From: Felis catus
Taxonomy: Eukaryota
DNA: 64,000 nt
Direction of reading: 5' to 3'
Assembly (NCBI RefSeq): GCF_018350175.1
Contig: NC_058368.1
Coordinates: 51,089,815-51,153,814, forward strand
The first letter of the stretch is position 1. Every line of letters starts with the position of its first letter. Both the position numbers and the translations under genes were made by a program. This document shows positions 1-13,944 of the stretch, piece by piece. The notes below the pieces were generated by a model. It had not been told where the DNA came from. It did not search any database and worked only from the letters and a program-made list of their open reading frames with translations.

Positions 1-672
1 GTAAATACTGAAGGAATAAATGAATGGCAAAAACATTGAAATGAATGCTGTGAGGAAAGGGGAGAAGAGACACATTCAGAAATTGTCCCAAACAAATGTT
101 TAGCTCATTTATCATCCTCCCAGTGTGTGTGATCCCTTCTGTACACAGACTTTAAAATTCATTGACTTGTTACTTTCAGAGAAAGAAAAGAATCAGATAC
201 CAAACGACGTAAATCAGGTAATAAAATGGTCTTAATAAAGATTTGGTAAAATATATCCTGATATCTAATCCTAAAAAGAGATAGAAAATGCTAAATGAGG
301 GACATGGCCAAAATACTAGGCCTAGAAAATGAAGCAAATCCCAACATCACGATGCTACGACTTTTATACCTATTAGAACCAAACACAGAAACAAAAATTA
401 ATGTTGGAAATTTTTAATTTTTTATTTCCATATCCTTATAAATAGTGTCTGAGACTTTTCCAGGAAACAAGTAATAATATAATAGCAGGCATCCATAGAG
501 CACTTGCTATGTGCTGACCCTGTTAGATCTATCCATGCATTAGCACATTGAATCTATGAGATTAGTGCTATTGCTACCCAATCATTAGAAGATCATATGG
601 GCAAATAAGTGGTGGAGCTGGGATTTGAACCCAGGCAATCTCTCTTTAGAGCTGATGCTTTTAAATGCTGTG

Positions 673-907
673 GGGGCGCCTGGGTGGCGCAGTCGGTTAA
701 GTGTCCGACTTCAGCCAGGTCACGATCTCGCGGTCCGTGAGTTCGAGCCCCGCATCAGGCTGTGGGCTGATGGCTCAGAGCCTGGAGCCTGTTTCTGATT
801 CTGTGTCTCCCTCTCTCTCTGCCCCTCCCCCGTTCATGCTCTGTCTCTCTCTGTCCCAAAAATAAATAAATGTTGAAAAAAAAAATTTTTTAAAAAAAAA
901 TAAAAAA
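673..907 (+). mobile_element. SINEC_Fc-type SINE (young)
   Basis: GGGGCGCCTGGGTGGCGCAGTCGGTTAAG head, (CT)n, A-tail; TSD TAAATGCTGTG at 662-672 and 908-918; inserted next to a MIR remnant (about 480-660). Confidence 0.95.
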
Positions 908-1562
908 TAAATGCTGTGTTTTCCAGCCTCTCACTTCTACAAATGTTTTAGATGTATGAAGGAAACGGGTTCTATTATTGTCCCCACTTTACTGATGGAG
1001 GACCCAAGGCAGGAGAGGTTGGGTCACTTGACCAATGTAATGCAGCTGTTTATCCCTGCTTGGGGCAGAAAATGGTACTCTAACATCCTGTGCTTGTGAG
1101 CCACAGGATTGGTGACCCAAAACTCAAAGTAGCTACTGTCAAATAAGTAGGATTAGGAAGCAGTTAAGTCCTTGGCTCTTGCTTCTGTCTCTTATCAATA
1201 GTACAATCTTGCCTCCGGGAGGAATCTCCAAGGACATATTTGAGCCCCAGACAGAATGGACCTACTGTTGTCCTCCTCTTCACCCAACCCAGTCCTACAC
1301 ATGATAAATATTCTTTTATTTCTGGCCCTCTAAAATACCATAAGGGTTTGCAAAGCGCCAGGTTCTTAGTAGGTTTACCTAGTTTTATTCTGATCTCATT
1401 AACTCTAGACAAGGATAAAGTGAGCCTGGAAACTGCTGAGATCCAGGCTCCAGTTTTCAAAAGCAAGCAGTATCCACTGGTCTTCTGGGACTTGTGAAGT
1501 TGAACAAATGTATTCCACTTGTGGCTTTACGTATCAAACTGAGCACAAAAATAACTGGACCT

Positions 1563-1578
1563 CACACACACGTGCGCA

Positions 1579-1620
<42 letters not shown>
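1563..1620. repeat. (CA)n microsatellite
   Basis: Directly visible. Other (CA/TG)n tracts at 13073-13125, 20371-20403, 26430-26482, 30383-30421, 37797-37843, 44722-44780; (CT)n(TG)n at 36950-37013. Confidence 0.95.
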
Positions 1621-1622
<2 letters not shown>

Positions 1623-3826
1623 AGCGATTCTGGAATTTCTCACCAAGGCTAATTATTAACATCACTGCCTTGGTTTCAGATTGTGGTACTTTGCCTACAG
1701 GTTAACTATGAATGAGTTACCACATTCTATTCTAGTGCCTCCCGGTTTTGAAGGCTTTCATATTGTCAGCTTCACTTGATTATCACAACAGGGTGGGGAG
1801 GTGTCATTCAACAGTGTCACAAATGCAGAAAGACTCTGAGAAAGGGCAGGCCACTTCCACTGCCCCTCTGGTAACAGCAGCGTGCACGCACACAGTGCCT
1901 GTCAGGTAACTGGACGCAGCACAGGGATGCAGACAGAGGCCTCCTGTTTCCCGACATTCAGTGGTCTTCCAGCTCTTCAGCAGCCCTGTCAAATCTACTC
2001 AATTTAAGGCCCCACATGAGGGCTGTCATTCAAAATAATCACCTTGGAGACTATGTGCTTATTTGAGAAATGTCAGAATCACTCACCATTGTTGGCATAT
2101 CAGTTTGGGAATTTCCTTCAGAGCCAGCTTACACAGGACCATCACTGCATTACTTTAGACTTACGCCAAATTTGGGGTTGATCTCTTTACAAGGCTATAA
2201 AACAAGGACCTCACTGCAGTACAGCCCCACACACCTGAGAACAAATGAGGACAGAGCCAGTTTTCATGAGTGTGAAACTTAGGTGATGATTATCGGTATT
2301 CACCTTTTGACATTGGGTTTTAAGGATCTCATCCCTGCAGCTCTCTAACATGCTGAATAGTATTGAGTTTAGGTTATGCAGAAAGAGAGGCTGATTCAAC
2401 CGCAGAGATTTTAATATGTGGTTCCAGAAAGTCTGCATATTTCACTGTGAGGTTTGGACAAGAAGCCAAGCCACTGGCTAGACTGTAATGGGCAGCCTCT
2501 TATGTAATTGTAAGATCATTTGTTTGATATAATTAAGTGGGGAAAGGGACCTTTCCCTAATTTGCTTTCCAGTTACTGCAGAAATATGCATGATATTTCA
2601 CAGTAGGGAAATGGCTTCAAACTCTGCTAAACTTTAAATTTATATCACCTAATATGATTTAGTTTTAGAAAATAAGGTTTTTTTTTCCCTAAAGTATAGA
2701 TGAGAAAATCATACACTTTAGGGTTGGATGAACCTATACTCTTCTCCTGGCTTTGTTATTTAAAATCTAAGGTTTGAAGCAAAGTTACTTAAATATTCTG
2801 AATTTCAGTTCCTTATCTTAAAATGGAGCAAAAACACCCACCTCATCAGACTCTTGTGAAGTTAAATGAGATGATATAAAGCATTTCATTTCACGGTGTC
2901 TGGCATCTAATGAGCACGTCATAAACATAAGTTTTTACCGCCACCTTCCCATTCCTGTCTCCACTGGGCTTCTATAATCCCAGCAGTTCCCTGCTGAATA
3001 TGCTTACCTTGAGAGTTTTATTCCTTTTTCTCTTGGATGACATTTCTAGTAGTTTAGTAGTATCTGAAATGGGCAAGGTAAATGGCATTTCATCTCCTGT
3101 TCCCTCTTTTTCCCAGAAGTCAGTCATTCCCAACACAAATTTGCTCTCCGGCTAAAAGATTTAGACAAAATCTAGACAGTTTGCAAGACTCAGTATCAGA
3201 GCTTATTTGTCACCCTAGACTTTTCACTCAACAGACAATTAATAAAACAACTTAGTTTTATTCAGAACTAAAAGTTCAGCCATTGGCAACATCTGGGAGG
3301 AAAAGTCTAGGTGGCAGTAGGCAGAGGGAAGGGGGCATAAAGGCAATCTAAAGAAACTCCAGGTGTCCTTAAATCCAAAGAAAGTGACTTCCTCTCTGTG
3401 CCCAACCTAGGAGCCTAAGTCAGGAAATGATGAAGAAACAAGCCTACAGAGGGCAGAGCCGCAAGGGCACCAACCCAAATGACAACTGTGATGTTGTCCC
3501 ATAGTCCAATGCTACAGCAGATCCACAAGAGGAAGAACACATATGTACACTGCAAAGGAAACAGAAGTTTTACATCATTGTAGCAGATATTACTGGAAGA
3601 GATATCAACAATATGAGAAGGTTAGCTCCTCTTTACATTGCATTCAACATCCCTTTCAATATTTATGAAGTGCCTACTATGTGCCTGATCTTGCCAGGAG
3701 TCACCATGGCTCCATAGGTCCGTGGCCCATGAGAATCTGCACAATATCAGAGTGAATGGCCACCAATGGGGCCATCAAGAGTTCCATATGTCACAGAGGA
3801 ACATCACAGGGTGGGAAGTTACCTTC

Positions 3827-4337
3827 TGTGTCAGTCAGGGTTCTCCAAAGGAAAAGAACCAAAAATATGGACATCTGTATGTATGTATATCTATATCAAA
3901 ATATCTATCCATCGATAGATAAAGAGAAAGATTGACTGATTCTAACAAGTTAGCTCATGTGATTGTGGGGGCTGGTAAGTCTGAAATCTGTAGGGCAAGC
4001 CAGCTGACTGGAAATTCAGACGAGGTTTGAAGTCTCCATCTTGAGTCTAAAATCTGTAGGGCCGGCAAACTGGAAACCCAAGCAAGGTTTCTGTTACAGT
4101 CTCGAGATGGAACTCCTTCTTCTCTGGGAAACCGGCTTTTGTTCTCTTGGCCTACCATTGATGGAATGAGGCCCATCCACATTATGGAAGGTAACTTCTT
4201 TTACTTAAAACCAAATAATTGTAAATGTTAATCACATCTTCAAAATAACCTTCATAGCAACATCTGGACCAGTGTATGACTAAACAATTGGGCAGCATAG
4301 GCTAGCCAAGTTGACACACAAAAAATTAACCACTGTA
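3827..4337 (-). mobile_element. MLT2-like (ERVL) solo LTR
   Basis: TGTGTCAGTCAGGGTTCTCC...AAGTTGACACACAAAAAATTAACCA termini typical of MLT2; near-TSD CCTTC/CTTTC. Confidence 0.8.
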
Positions 4338-4849
4338 CTTTCCAAACAGTGTCCTATGAGAGCTTCTTTGGGGGAAAGATGGCTGTGCATCAACAAGAAG
4401 CCACAGCTTCATAAACTATAAAGAACTGATATTCATTCATACATTCATGCTAGTGTAAGGGCATCTGCAATTACAAGTTTAGCCCCCCTTAGTCACTTGT
4501 TCTTATGATCAAGTGCTCTTCAGACAGACTTGTGGGGTCCAAGCTGTTTTTGAATAGAGGAGCTGGCGATCTCACTCTCGGCTGTGTGGTGTGGAGGCCC
4601 TCTACTGTAGTTACAGTATTTACTGAGGTAAACTAGGTGTGTGGATACACTGCACTGTATCTAAATGCTCATTTATTAATGGGTGTTCTCTATTATTAAT
4701 TAATCTATTGTGTATCATTTATTCATGACTCTATTAAAGAGGCATGACAAGAGCATAGAGGAAGAAAGCGTTTTATAACTAAACTGACAATCCCCGGTGC
4801 CCTCCAAAAATCACATTTCACACCCACCTATCTACCTTTCTATGTCATC

Positions 4850-5620
4850 AATCTCTGGGCTGTATATGAACAAAGTGTTAAAGGAATAACCTTTTCTACC
4901 CACAAATGAGAGACAAACTAATGCTGTTCTGTTTTCCAAGGAAGAGAGAAAAAAATAGTTCCCAGAAAATAAAGACCTCCTCCAAAAAACTGGAGGATTA
5001 TTAAATAGATTGTTTATGGACTTTTTAGCAAGGGAGAGAATTGACCTCTGGAAACAATAGGAGCTTACCTTAAGTGCGCCACCTCTAACAAAACCCTTCT
5101 CCTGCTTGGGTTGCATTGCTAATGTCATGCAATGTAGTAATACTGTGTCATAGTATATTGTATTTGTATAAAGTATTTGACAGCTCTATCATAATATCTT
5201 TTTGGACAATTTCGGAAAAATTATGCTGGATTATAATATCAATTAGATGGACACATTGCTGATAGTACAGGTCTTTTCAAGATTGTTGATGAATGGAACA
5301 GTGTCAAATTGAAGAGAAAGGGGTAGTAACAAGGTTCTGTGTTAGTTCTTTTCTACGCAGCTTTTATCAGGAAATTAAATGAATATGTGAGAACCATGTT
5401 AACAAAATTTATGGAGGACACATATCTTGCTGGGCTAACTAATCCAACAGATAGGAATTAACATTCAAAATCATCCACATAGGTTTCAGCAACAAAAAGA
5501 AACAAGCAAGAGGGAATGTAGTAAGGATAAATGTAAAGTCACGCATTTGCTTCAGATGCAGCTTAGCAGAATTTCACGTGAAAATTATCTAGGACTCTGC
5601 ATCAGTTGTAAGTTCAAGAA
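4850..5620 (+). mobile_element. Ancient CR1/L3 LINE fragment (continues about 6650-6950)
   Basis: Degenerate RT-region text (CAAGGTTCTGTGTTAG, AAATTTATGGAGGACACA, AAGGATAAATGTAAAGTC) and an L3-like 3' end (ACTAGATGATCC...AAGATTCTAT) recognised by eye. Confidence 0.55.
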
Positions 5621-5819
5621 ACTAACAAGATGGAATATCTGTAACACACACCCCAAATACAATAGCCTTTAAAAGCTGGAAAGGACCTTAGAAATTATTC
5701 AAGTCAAATCCCTCACTTCACAGAGAAAAGCTGAGCTTACAATCATAGAAACACAATTGCTGATAGTAAAACTGGTAGTTATGTCTTATTATAAACATCA
5801 CAATCTTGAGCTATTTGCA

Positions 5820-6563
5820 TTGTGGTCCTGATTTGCATTTCCCTGATGTTGGGCACCTTTTCATATACCTGTTGGCCATCTGGATAGACATCCAGACATT
5901 TGGGAGAAATGTCTATTCAATTCATTGCCCATTTTTTTCTCACGTTATTTGCTATTAGGGTATACAAGTTTCTCATGTGTTTTGGGTATTAACCCCTTAT
6001 CAGATATATGATTTGCAAATATTTTTACCCATTCCATAGGTGGCCCTTTCATTTTGTGATTGTTTCCTTTTCTGTGCAGAAGCTTTTTAGTTTGGTAGAA
6101 TCCCACTTGTCTATTTTTGCTGTTATTGTCTAAATAGCCATCAGTGGACAGATAAAGAAAATGTGGTATATATATATAAAATAGAATATTATTCAGCCTT
6201 AAGAAAAGAAGGAAATCATGTCATTTGGGACATGGATGAGGCTAGAGGAACCTATGCTAATTGAAATAAGCTAGACACAAAAGGATAAATACTATATGAC
6301 ATCACTTACATAAGGAATCTAAGATAGTCAAACTTATAGAAACAAAGAGAATAGTGGTTGCTAGGTGCTGGGAATAGGGAGAAACAGGGAGGTATTAGTC
6401 AAAGGCACAATAGTTCAGTTATACAAGATGAGTAAGTCCTAGAGATCTACAGGACAGCATAGTGCCCACAGTTACCAATACCATATTGTGTACTCAAATT
6501 TTGCTAAGAGAATAGGTCTTATGCTAAGTGTTATCGCAGACGATAATAACAATAAAGAAAAAA
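5820..6563. mobile_element. 5'-inverted (twin-primed) L1 insertion
   Basis: L1 ORF2-end sequence on the - strand (5820-about 6135) joined to an L1 3'UTR on the + strand with A-tail; degenerate TSD TGAGCTATTTGCA/TGAGTTATTGCA. Confidence 0.8.
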
Positions 6564-7681
6564 TGAGTTATTGCAATTGGCAAGGATTATGCCAAGCAAG
6601 ATTTTGAGGAATTCAAAAATATAATGTCAAGAGTTTTTTTTAGTTTAGCCTAGAATATGGTAGAATAGCCTAGAAGGGAGTACTGTTCGAGGCACCATGG
6701 CAGCTATATTCTTTCCAACACCAAACAGGAAAGCCAGGACCTACAGGTAGAAGTTAAAATGAAAAAGTGCAGATTTAGCCTATGAAAACCTTTGAACAAC
6801 TGAAGCCACTTCCAGAGTCGTGTGCCCATTCCTGCTATAGATCTAAGCTGCAGGCCCATCAAAGACAAGTGACATAAAAGGGATTTATAATTTGTGTTAA
6901 GAAGCTGCACTAGATGATCCACTTCCTTTCTATTTCTAAGATTCTATCATTTCAGAGAACAATTTGCCTCATTGACTTCTTATGAAACAATAGCAGTTTT
7001 TTTTTCTAATCTTCTCTCCCATTTTCAGGGATCAAAACTTGATGTCACCCCTCTAATATTAGAGAACTTAGTGAATATGTCTTATACATTCCCTGTGTGC
7101 CAGGATACATGGCAAACAGTAGATCAATGATGCCTTAAATGTCTGAATATCCCGTGATTACCAGATTTGGGAAAAAAAATGGCATAATTTTCTGCTTGGT
7201 GCTAAACCTTTGACTAAATGTGAGGGCAATACTCTCATTATTATCAAATATTTCCAAAGTGTTTTATATAATCATTTTTGTTCATTTACTTAAATAAATA
7301 CAGCCATACAAGTATAACAAGTGTGCATTTACTAATAAATCTACTTTTATAAGTGCGTTACAGAGGAAGTAAAAATCTATTAAATAATACAGCACCAATC
7401 CACATAACTTAAATCATTTTATTGAACAAATTGATTTTCTAATTATATTCGTTTTTCACCTGTTCATTCTACTAAAATCTTATGTTATTGAGCCCTTCTG
7501 CTGGATAAAAATTGAGGCAGTCATTATGCATTTGGCAAAATCTATAGAATTGTATAATGCAGAATAAATCCTAATGTAAAATATGGACTTCAGTTTAAAA
7601 TAATGTATCCAGATCGCTTCATCAGTGTAACAAATACACTACGCTAATGGAGGGCACAGAGGAAACTGCAGGTAGGGAGTA

Positions 7682-8552
7682 CAGTGAAACCTTGGTTTGC
7701 GAGCATAATTCGTTCCAGAAACATGCTTGTAATCAATCCAAAGCACTTGGATATCAAAGGGAATTTCCCCATAAGAAATAATGGAAACTCGGATTATCGG
7801 TTCCACCACCCAAAAATATTCATATAAAAAAGATCACAATATTGTAATATAATGCAAAATAATAAAGAAAATACAAAATATAAGGAAAAATAAACAAGTT
7901 AACCTGAACCGACCCTTGAAAACCTTCGTGGCTGGTGTGAGGGAGACAAGAGAGAAGAGGGTTATTGTGTAGAACCACTATCACTAATGGAATCACTGCT
8001 CTCTGTTGGCTCAATGGTATCTTTTTCTGCATGGATGCCACTGTATACACTTGCACAGATGTTGACTACAGTACAATGTTGATAAACTCTTGTCATATAC
8101 TGTATTTAATGTAACTGGCAATAAGGCAGCCGAGGAAAGGGTCTATATCTACAGCCAGCCTGATCTAGAATCAAGCAAAGCATTCCTAAGCTTATTCTTA
8201 TACGGAAATGCAAAGAACTGTCCATAGGTGCTTTGAAGTGACAAAAAATACACTAGTGCCAATTGTGGGCACCTCCCAATGTTGAAGAAGCACTGATTTC
8301 TGCCAAATGCCGCAGCCTGAGATGGAGCATCTGAGCACGGGAGACGGTCACCCATAATCCAGCAGTGTGTGAGAGAGAGAGAGAGAGAAAAAAAAAAACC
8401 ATTGGCTCAGTTGCGACTATGGGACATTCGGTGTCATGTACTACCTATATCGCAAGCCATTGCTCATTTGTCAAGTTAAAATTTATTAGAAATGTTTGCT
8501 TGTCTTGCAGAACATTTGCAGAACAAATTACTTGCAATCCAAGGTTTTACTA
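7682..8552. mobile_element. Non-autonomous Tigger/pogo-like DNA transposon
   Basis: TIRs CAGTGAAACCTTGG..TTGCGAG and CTTGCAATCCAAGGTTTTACTA, TA at the left junction; interrupts an old L1 3' end (about 7565-8638). Confidence 0.8.
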
Positions 8553-10620
8553 CATATGGGAACTTCCTGTACTTTCTATTCAGTTTTTCTGTAAACCTAA
8601 AGCTGCTCTAAGAAATAGAGTGCATTAAAAAAAAAAAACTGAAGCAAACTTTCATCAGACCTTTGATTATTTACTCTTGAGGCATGCCCCATAAGGGTCT
8701 ATCACCCTGCATTTATCACTGTTTGCAAATATCTCACCCATAGAAATATATAGATACTAAAGATAGAAAGTAGCAGCTTTCATTTATCTCAGGAATTTCC
8801 CAATGTGTGACATCATCACAATCTGGAAGCTTAGATTTACACTACCCAACTTAACACAGCACAAGGTGTTTTTAATACAACCCAAGGATAGTGGGAGAGT
8901 TGTTTCATGAATTTTATACATATCTGAACTATCCAATCCCTTTTCCTGATAGAATCTCCATAATCATTCTAACTCTTCTAGACCTCTAACTAGACGTTAT
9001 ATCAACCCATCCCAAACTGCCCCAAGTATTCATGTTGTTTTGGGCAATGCAAATAGCTGTCTCTAGTCATTGAGTGCCTATCACGCGTAAGGCACTGTGT
9101 TGGGTAATGGGGACACAGCTGTGTGTAAGGCAGGCAACGTTCCTAGCCTCAGCAGAGAATGCAAACATTAAATGAATTTTACAATAAATAAACAACCCTA
9201 TGTTTATCACATTCATAGTGTTCAGGCAAGAAATATTGATTGAATTAATGAATGAATTCAACCAAGAAAATAACCTGGATTCCATTAAACTTTTCCTTTC
9301 TACTACCTAGAAAGCCCTTACTAAGAAAAAACAATAGCATAGACAGAATAATGTATGTATTTTCAAACTGCTGAAACTGAATACCTTTAAAATATTGGTA
9401 TAATCACTTATTTGATGTTTTAAGTTTCAAATAAGCCCTATTGTTTTTTTCATTTAAGAATATTTTTTTTCCCTAGTTAGCAGCTTCAACCAACCAGATG
9501 TTATCCTGAGTGCTTGGTCAGAGCCCTTTAGGAAGGCTAAACACCTGCGTTAGGTATTTAAATGTTCTGATCAAACCTTCAGATGTTCAGACCAGAGAAG
9601 CAGTGAGGGAACTCTTTTTGTTCTGTCAGCAAGATAAGGCAATAACAGTGCACCTCATACAAGAACAGCAAAAGGCGTATGTTTGTTGGTTGGTTGCTTT
9701 GTCCATCAGCTATTTTCAGCTACTCAGGTGAAGCTAAGAGTTGGACTTACCCAGGGAGGGTGTTGAAGGTATAGGCACGAGAGCCATGAAAATGATGAAA
9801 CAAATTTAAGCCGTTCAAGGAGAGAAACGAGGACATGAGTGGGGCCTTCTCAAAATAGCACTTAAAGACATGGGATCATGCTTCAATATTCTTTTCTCCT
9901 CAAAGGAGAAGTTCAGGTTGCCAATAGAGCATATAATGGGGTTTCTAACCAAGAGGGAATAATGGAAAGATCATTTCCCACCTCTCGCCTTTACGGTCTC
10001 CCAGTGTGTCTCCAGCCTCTTTTATTAACACTACACGTCTGGATCCTGCAGCTTCGAGTCAACCCTAGGAACAGAGTCTTTTCAGCTTCCCCTGGATTAA
10101 TCAATATTCTTTTCACCTAAATTCTCTTTCGACCTTCAAAAATAACCTTTGTGAGTGACTTACATTCTCGCTTGTATGAAAGGGGCTGAACTGCTGGATT
10201 TGCTCATCATCTTATTTCTGTCTATTTCTGTCTGGCTAAACACTAATATCCTATCTCCAAAGTTAGAACAAAAAGCAGGCTCTTATTCCTATAACCAAAT
10301 AGTTCCTTAACAGGGAAACTAGACTTCAGAGATACAAGTAAAACAGAAACCAGTGTTGATTATATTTCCAGTGACCCAATTACAATGAGAAGGAGTAACA
10401 TCACCACCCCTGATGATGACATATGCTGGTGACCCAGAGGAGGGCAGACAGCACTTGGCAACTCACCTGTCCCAGATGTCCCGCCCAACATTTTCACATC
10501 AATCTCTTTGGCCAAAACTCGGTCATGTGGCCACATCCACCACAGTGGCCAAACAAGTACCCACCTGGAGGGCTACCAGGCAATGGACAGCAAAGCCACC
10601 AACAGGTTCAAGAACACACT

Positions 10621-10843
10621 GGGGCGCCTGGGTGGCGCAGTTGGTTAAGCGTCCGACTTCAGCCAGGTCACGATCTCGCGGTCCGTGAGTTCGAGCCCCG
10701 CGTCGGGCTCTGGGCTGATGGCTCAGAGCCTGGAGCCTGTTTCCCATTCTATGTCTCCCTCTCTCTCTGGCCCTCCCCCGTTCATGCTCTGTCTCTCTCT
10801 GTCCCAAAAATAAATAAACATTGAAAAAAAAATTTAAAAAAAA
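10621..10843 (+). mobile_element. SINEC_Fc-type SINE (young)
   Basis: Full head, body, (CT)n and A-tail, nearly identical to the copy at 673. Confidence 0.95.
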
Positions 10844-12106
10844 AACACATTTATCCAGACGGGGGACATTTTTGTCTGTTTAGTCTCAAGGCACGTTAAA
10901 GTCACCGAAAGGTCCTTATATTCATATCTGCGTTCATGCTCAAATGAAAGATTATCCCGTGAGCTATCACTATGCCAATTCTGTTTACAAATCTGCCTCT
11001 CCTCCTCTTCCTTGCCAGCCCTGCTTCACCCTAAACTTTAAGCCTTCACAACACAGAGGTCGTCCCATTTTATTTTTGTATCTGAAATACCTAAGCTTGC
11101 TCAATAAAAGTTTGTTCAGTGAACAGATGAGTCAGTGAATGAACAACTAAACTGGATGAGTGAATCTGAGGGAAGAAGTGAATAAATATGTTCCAAGTGT
11201 CTAATTTGCCCAATTGGCTTATTTTGTTTTTTAAAATCACAATTTATTTAGCTTTTAATTTTTTTCCTGCCTCATATTTTTTTATCCATTGGGGAGAAAA
11301 AAATTAAAAATTTGTAATATTTAGAATTGCTGAATTTTAAATCAGATGCCTTGGTAAATTGTTTCTCAAAAAGGCCCAGTGGACATAAATATGAGGGTGG
11401 TTTACATTCTCTTTGTCTTCAAAAATGTTTATTTGCTATGTGTTTATCCACAAGCACTGGGTAGGACAAATCCTTCCAGGAAAGCTAAACAAACAGGGAT
11501 CCCTATCAGCTGCCTATCATCTATCTCAAGACATTTAGCATGAACTATAAACAGCTTCCATACATTTTCCTCCTTCATAGATATATAGCATATTAACAAT
11601 AACAAAACCTTTGGGTGATTCATAATATATAACCAATAACTTAAAATTTTGTGGTTTTTATTGTCTCTCGAGTAATATGTCACCTTTTCGGGGACAAATC
11701 ATGTCAAGTGTCTTTTAAATGAAATTATAAGTCTGTAGCTTCTTTCCATTAATATAAATTAACAGCAACAAGAGGTATTGATACTCTTTAGTTTTCTAAA
11801 ATGTGGTGTGGAATGATACCACAGAAAGCAAGTAGAAGTTTCACTGTCTACGAAATGTTGAATGCTTATCCAACCACTTCCAAAATGTTATATTGTTACA
11901 ATGATGAGTAAACATGCAAGGTGAAGGTTTAGCTTGTGTTTAAATAGTAGTCAGGAGATGAAGAACTAAGTTGGTTTTACCTCCAGCTTGCTTTTGAGTG
12001 AAGATACATATGTATGTGATGGAGGAAGAGCAGCACCTAGTGGTAAAAAGTATCAGCTGCACCCACCAAGGAGCTGACTGGAAGTGTTCCAGAAAGTTCA
12101 GCCACA

Positions 12107-12305
12107 TTTTTTTAAATGCCTTTTTTCTTTTTAAGTTTATTTATCTATTTTGAGAGAGAGAGACAGAGACAGAGAGCACACAAGTTGGGGAGGGGCAGAG
12201 TGAGAGAGAAAGAGAGAGAGAATCCCAAGCCGGCTTTCAGGAACAGTGAGATCATTACCTGAGCTGAAATCAAGAGCCAGACTGACTGAGCCACCCAGGT
12301 GCCCC
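12107..12305 (-). mobile_element. SINEC SINE (internally deleted)
   Basis: T-tail, (GA)n, ends GAGCCACCCAGGTGCCCC. Confidence 0.85.
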
Positions 12306-13084
12306 TAAAAATGCATTTTGCATTTCAGGTATTTTAAATGCTGGCATCTTCAATTCTTCAGATGGGTGTTTATCATGTCAATTACCGATCTGAGTCAACT
12401 TTACATGCTTGATTATCTCCAGATAAAATGTAGAGATGATCAACATATCCAAGAATTTAGAAAAAGGCCCTCAACTTTCCAAACATTTCACAGGTACCTA
12501 AAGTAAGTATGGTAAAAGGTACAAGTTAAAATAGTATATTTCTTGGGTGACCTGAGATTTTATTTAACAATTATCCATCTAAGTCTACTAGTACATTTGA
12601 GCAAAAGAGTAATGCCTTCTTAAGCAAGAAATTAGTATTTCACTGAGATTATTTGAAGAACTAATTATTATTTGAAAGTACATTTAAATAGCTATTCTGA
12701 AATTCTCTTTTCTTTCAGTAACGGATAAGCATAACAGTATTTTACAGCATTTGGATATACAATAAATTAATAATTGAGCATTTAAAAACTTTTATAATGG
12801 AAACTAATTTTAATTATATAGCTTATCATTTCTTGACATTGACAGAGGTAGGGAGAAATTGTTGGTAAAATTATGAGTAATCATTTGTGTAAACATTGAT
12901 TCCTAAATTAAGTGTAAATTCAACTAAAATTTTATTCCATCAGGGTAATCATATGAGTACGCCATTTGTCCTTGAGACCCCGATAGGAAAAGACAGAATT
13001 GTGAAATTCAAACTGCATTTGTAAAACCATTTTGTTTTGATTCCCCAGACTACTTTTTCTAATAGCAGGAATCACACACACTCA

Positions 13085-13128
<44 letters not shown>

Positions 13129-13944
13129 CCAATCATCATATGCCTCCCCTTGGCCTTTGGGATTGTTCCAAGATTGTCCATACAAAGTGCAACTGCCCGC
13201 AGAGGTATCTTAAAGCAGAAAGGGAAGTCCCTTCTCTCCGCTCAGGTGGCCAGCTGTAAGGGGCCATGCTCCAGCACAAGAAGCGTACTGCAGCAGAGAA
13301 TGAAGTCAAATCACAGAGAGGACAAATAGCCCTTAAGGCAGAAGTCTCCTGTTCTGGTTGCTGAGGTCCCTGGCTCCAAGTTCCTGTTTCTCTTCCCCAG
13401 TTTCTCTTCCCATAAATCTCTTTGAGACAAAATCTACTTTGAGATTTGCTTCTGCAACCTAAAGAGAACTGACTCATAGTGCATTTCTAAAATAAGGCAT
13501 ATCATGCTACCATCCTGGTCAGAAATCTCCATTGCTTGAAAAATAATCTCCAAGTTCGTTTCGCTTTATGATTTGCCTAATCTATCTTTCCAGCGTCATC
13601 TCACTCAATCTAGTGAAACTGAATTACTCTTTATTTCTTCAAAATACCTACTATTTATCCTTATCCACTCTGCCCCATGAAAATTATTTTCTACCTCCAG
13701 ACACCCCAGTTTCTACCTTCTGAAATTGTGAAATCAGCCACTTTTATGATCAGCCACAAATGATTCATCTTCTATAAGTCCTTCCCCATTACTCCATGAA
13801 TCAGTTAAGGGTCAGCTGCCTATAAATGAAAATCTAAAATTATAATGGTTTAAAGAAGTGAGAAATTTAATTCTTGTTCATGTAAAAGAAGTCTAGAGGC
13901 AGCATTCCCAGGCTGTTACAGCAATAACACACAGACATCAACGT

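Noticed and set aside
10413..10824. ORFs of 91-133 aa, and similar ORFs at 16723, 21393, 37403, 40127, 48374, 51498, 60162
   Set aside because: They are translations of SINEC sequence, not genes.
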